The notes under the pieces are model-generated. The model was not told the DNA's origin. It was given only the letters and a program-made list of their open reading frames with translations, and ran no database searches. Below, piece after piece: positions 49,000-49,996 of a DNA stretch of 49,996 nucleotides; within the stretch, counting starts at the first letter, position 1; every line of letters starts with the position of its first letter. Both the position numbers and the translations under genes were made by a program. The stretch comes from Paraglomus brasilianum (lineage: Eukaryota). The stretch lies in NCBI GenBank assembly GCA_910592345.1, contig CAJVPI010000140.1, positions 1 to 49,996 of the forward strand. The letters run 5' to 3'.

Positions 49000-49950
49000 G
49001 TACTTTTAAAACACACATAACCATAAAATATACAATGCTTGCATACTGACTATTTTAATGTCATTCTCAGTTTTTTTACAAGATACTTTGACATAAACAA
49101 AGATTTTAATCATTCAATAATACAATATGCTTTATCAAATCATTTCTTATCTGTAACAACAAAAAGAAACTTGGTGAAACATCAATAAATATTATTAATG
49201 ATTAAATTTAAAAATAATAAAATGCTGTTATACTAGTATCGAATTGATCCTTTACTTCAATGAACTTAAATGTCAATATTATCATCCTTTTTTAATGTAC
49301 CTTTGCTTTCAAGAGTTTCTTTTTTCTGCTTCTTGAGGACTTTTGAACAAGGCCTTTTACTTTCTGTGTAGCCCACTTGCAAACTATCCTTGTTGACACA
49401 ATATGAGTTTCTGTCTTGTAAATGTCCTGCTGTTAAAATTGCTTCTATAACACTCAAAAATAAAAAGCTTTTTGCATCCTTTCAGGTTTTAGTTCACAAA
49501 TAATTCATGAGATGAGGGCCAGGTAACATGAAAGTGGCAGTTAAATCTTCTATTTATAAGTTTCTGTAAAGCATCCTTGTGTAATTTTAACCTCCTTTCT
49601 TTATTAATATGAATAGTATCTCCATGTACTCTGAAAATAACATAGTCAAATGATCTCTTTCTGACTGTACTGCAGCTATTTGTATCCTTAATTCATCAGC
49701 AGTCATTGGCTTTCCTCCTATATTCTGTTTAATATTAATGAACATGACCCCAAATTGTTCCAATGCCTCATCAAATGCAAAATAATTTTGGTACTCATTA
49801 AATTAACCAATGCAACATGTTTTAAGAGTGTTCATAACTGAAGCTCATTTGCAAGGTAAGACAGAAAGTAGGTGACTAGTGGAAATAACATAATTATGTT
49901 ATTTCCACTTAGTATAGGTTATTCCCACTCAGTAAGGTTATTCCCACTCA
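49000..49950 (-). pseudogene. CpG-depleted decayed coding relic of unknown family
   Basis: About 1 CpG in 49000-49950. Broken frames such as NEYQNYFAFDEALEQFGVMF, GGKPMTADELRIQIAAVQSERDHL and VIEAILTAGHLQDRNSY. Confidence 0.35.
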
Positions 49951-49996
49951 GGTATGTGTCGTGATCCAAATTTTGTGACACGGACTAAGGTGTCGT

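Overview
Eukaryotic, intron-containing, AT-rich DNA. An early-diverging fungus (Mucoromycota/Glomeromycotina-like) is inferred from the short GT-AG introns, Sel1 and Crinkler-like relics and transposon load. Recognisable host genes: a RasGEF protein with a MIT-like N-terminus and a PAM2-like motif; an HMGB/Hmo1-like HMG-box protein with an AT-hook; SEC61 alpha head-to-head with an ADIP/SSX2IP/Msd1-family gene; TIM44; RBM18; and two or three hypothetical genes. Between them lie many decayed mobile elements: a Sola-like DDE transposase, a pogo/CENP-B-type element with a nested MITE, a Ty3/gypsy remnant, two solo LTRs and a second MITE. The top finding is a degenerate Fanzor2 (IS607-TnpB-derived RNA-guided nuclease) at about 22.1-24.0 kb on the minus strand. 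It has two clean spliceosomal introns, no TnpA, and a structured omega-RNA-like tail. Also notable is a PD-(D/E)XK-like gene hit by three separate insertions, including a 49-bp hairpin-ended insert with a 14-bp target duplication whose sister copy lies at 8.56 kb. All exon boundaries and family assignments were made by eye, without database searches.
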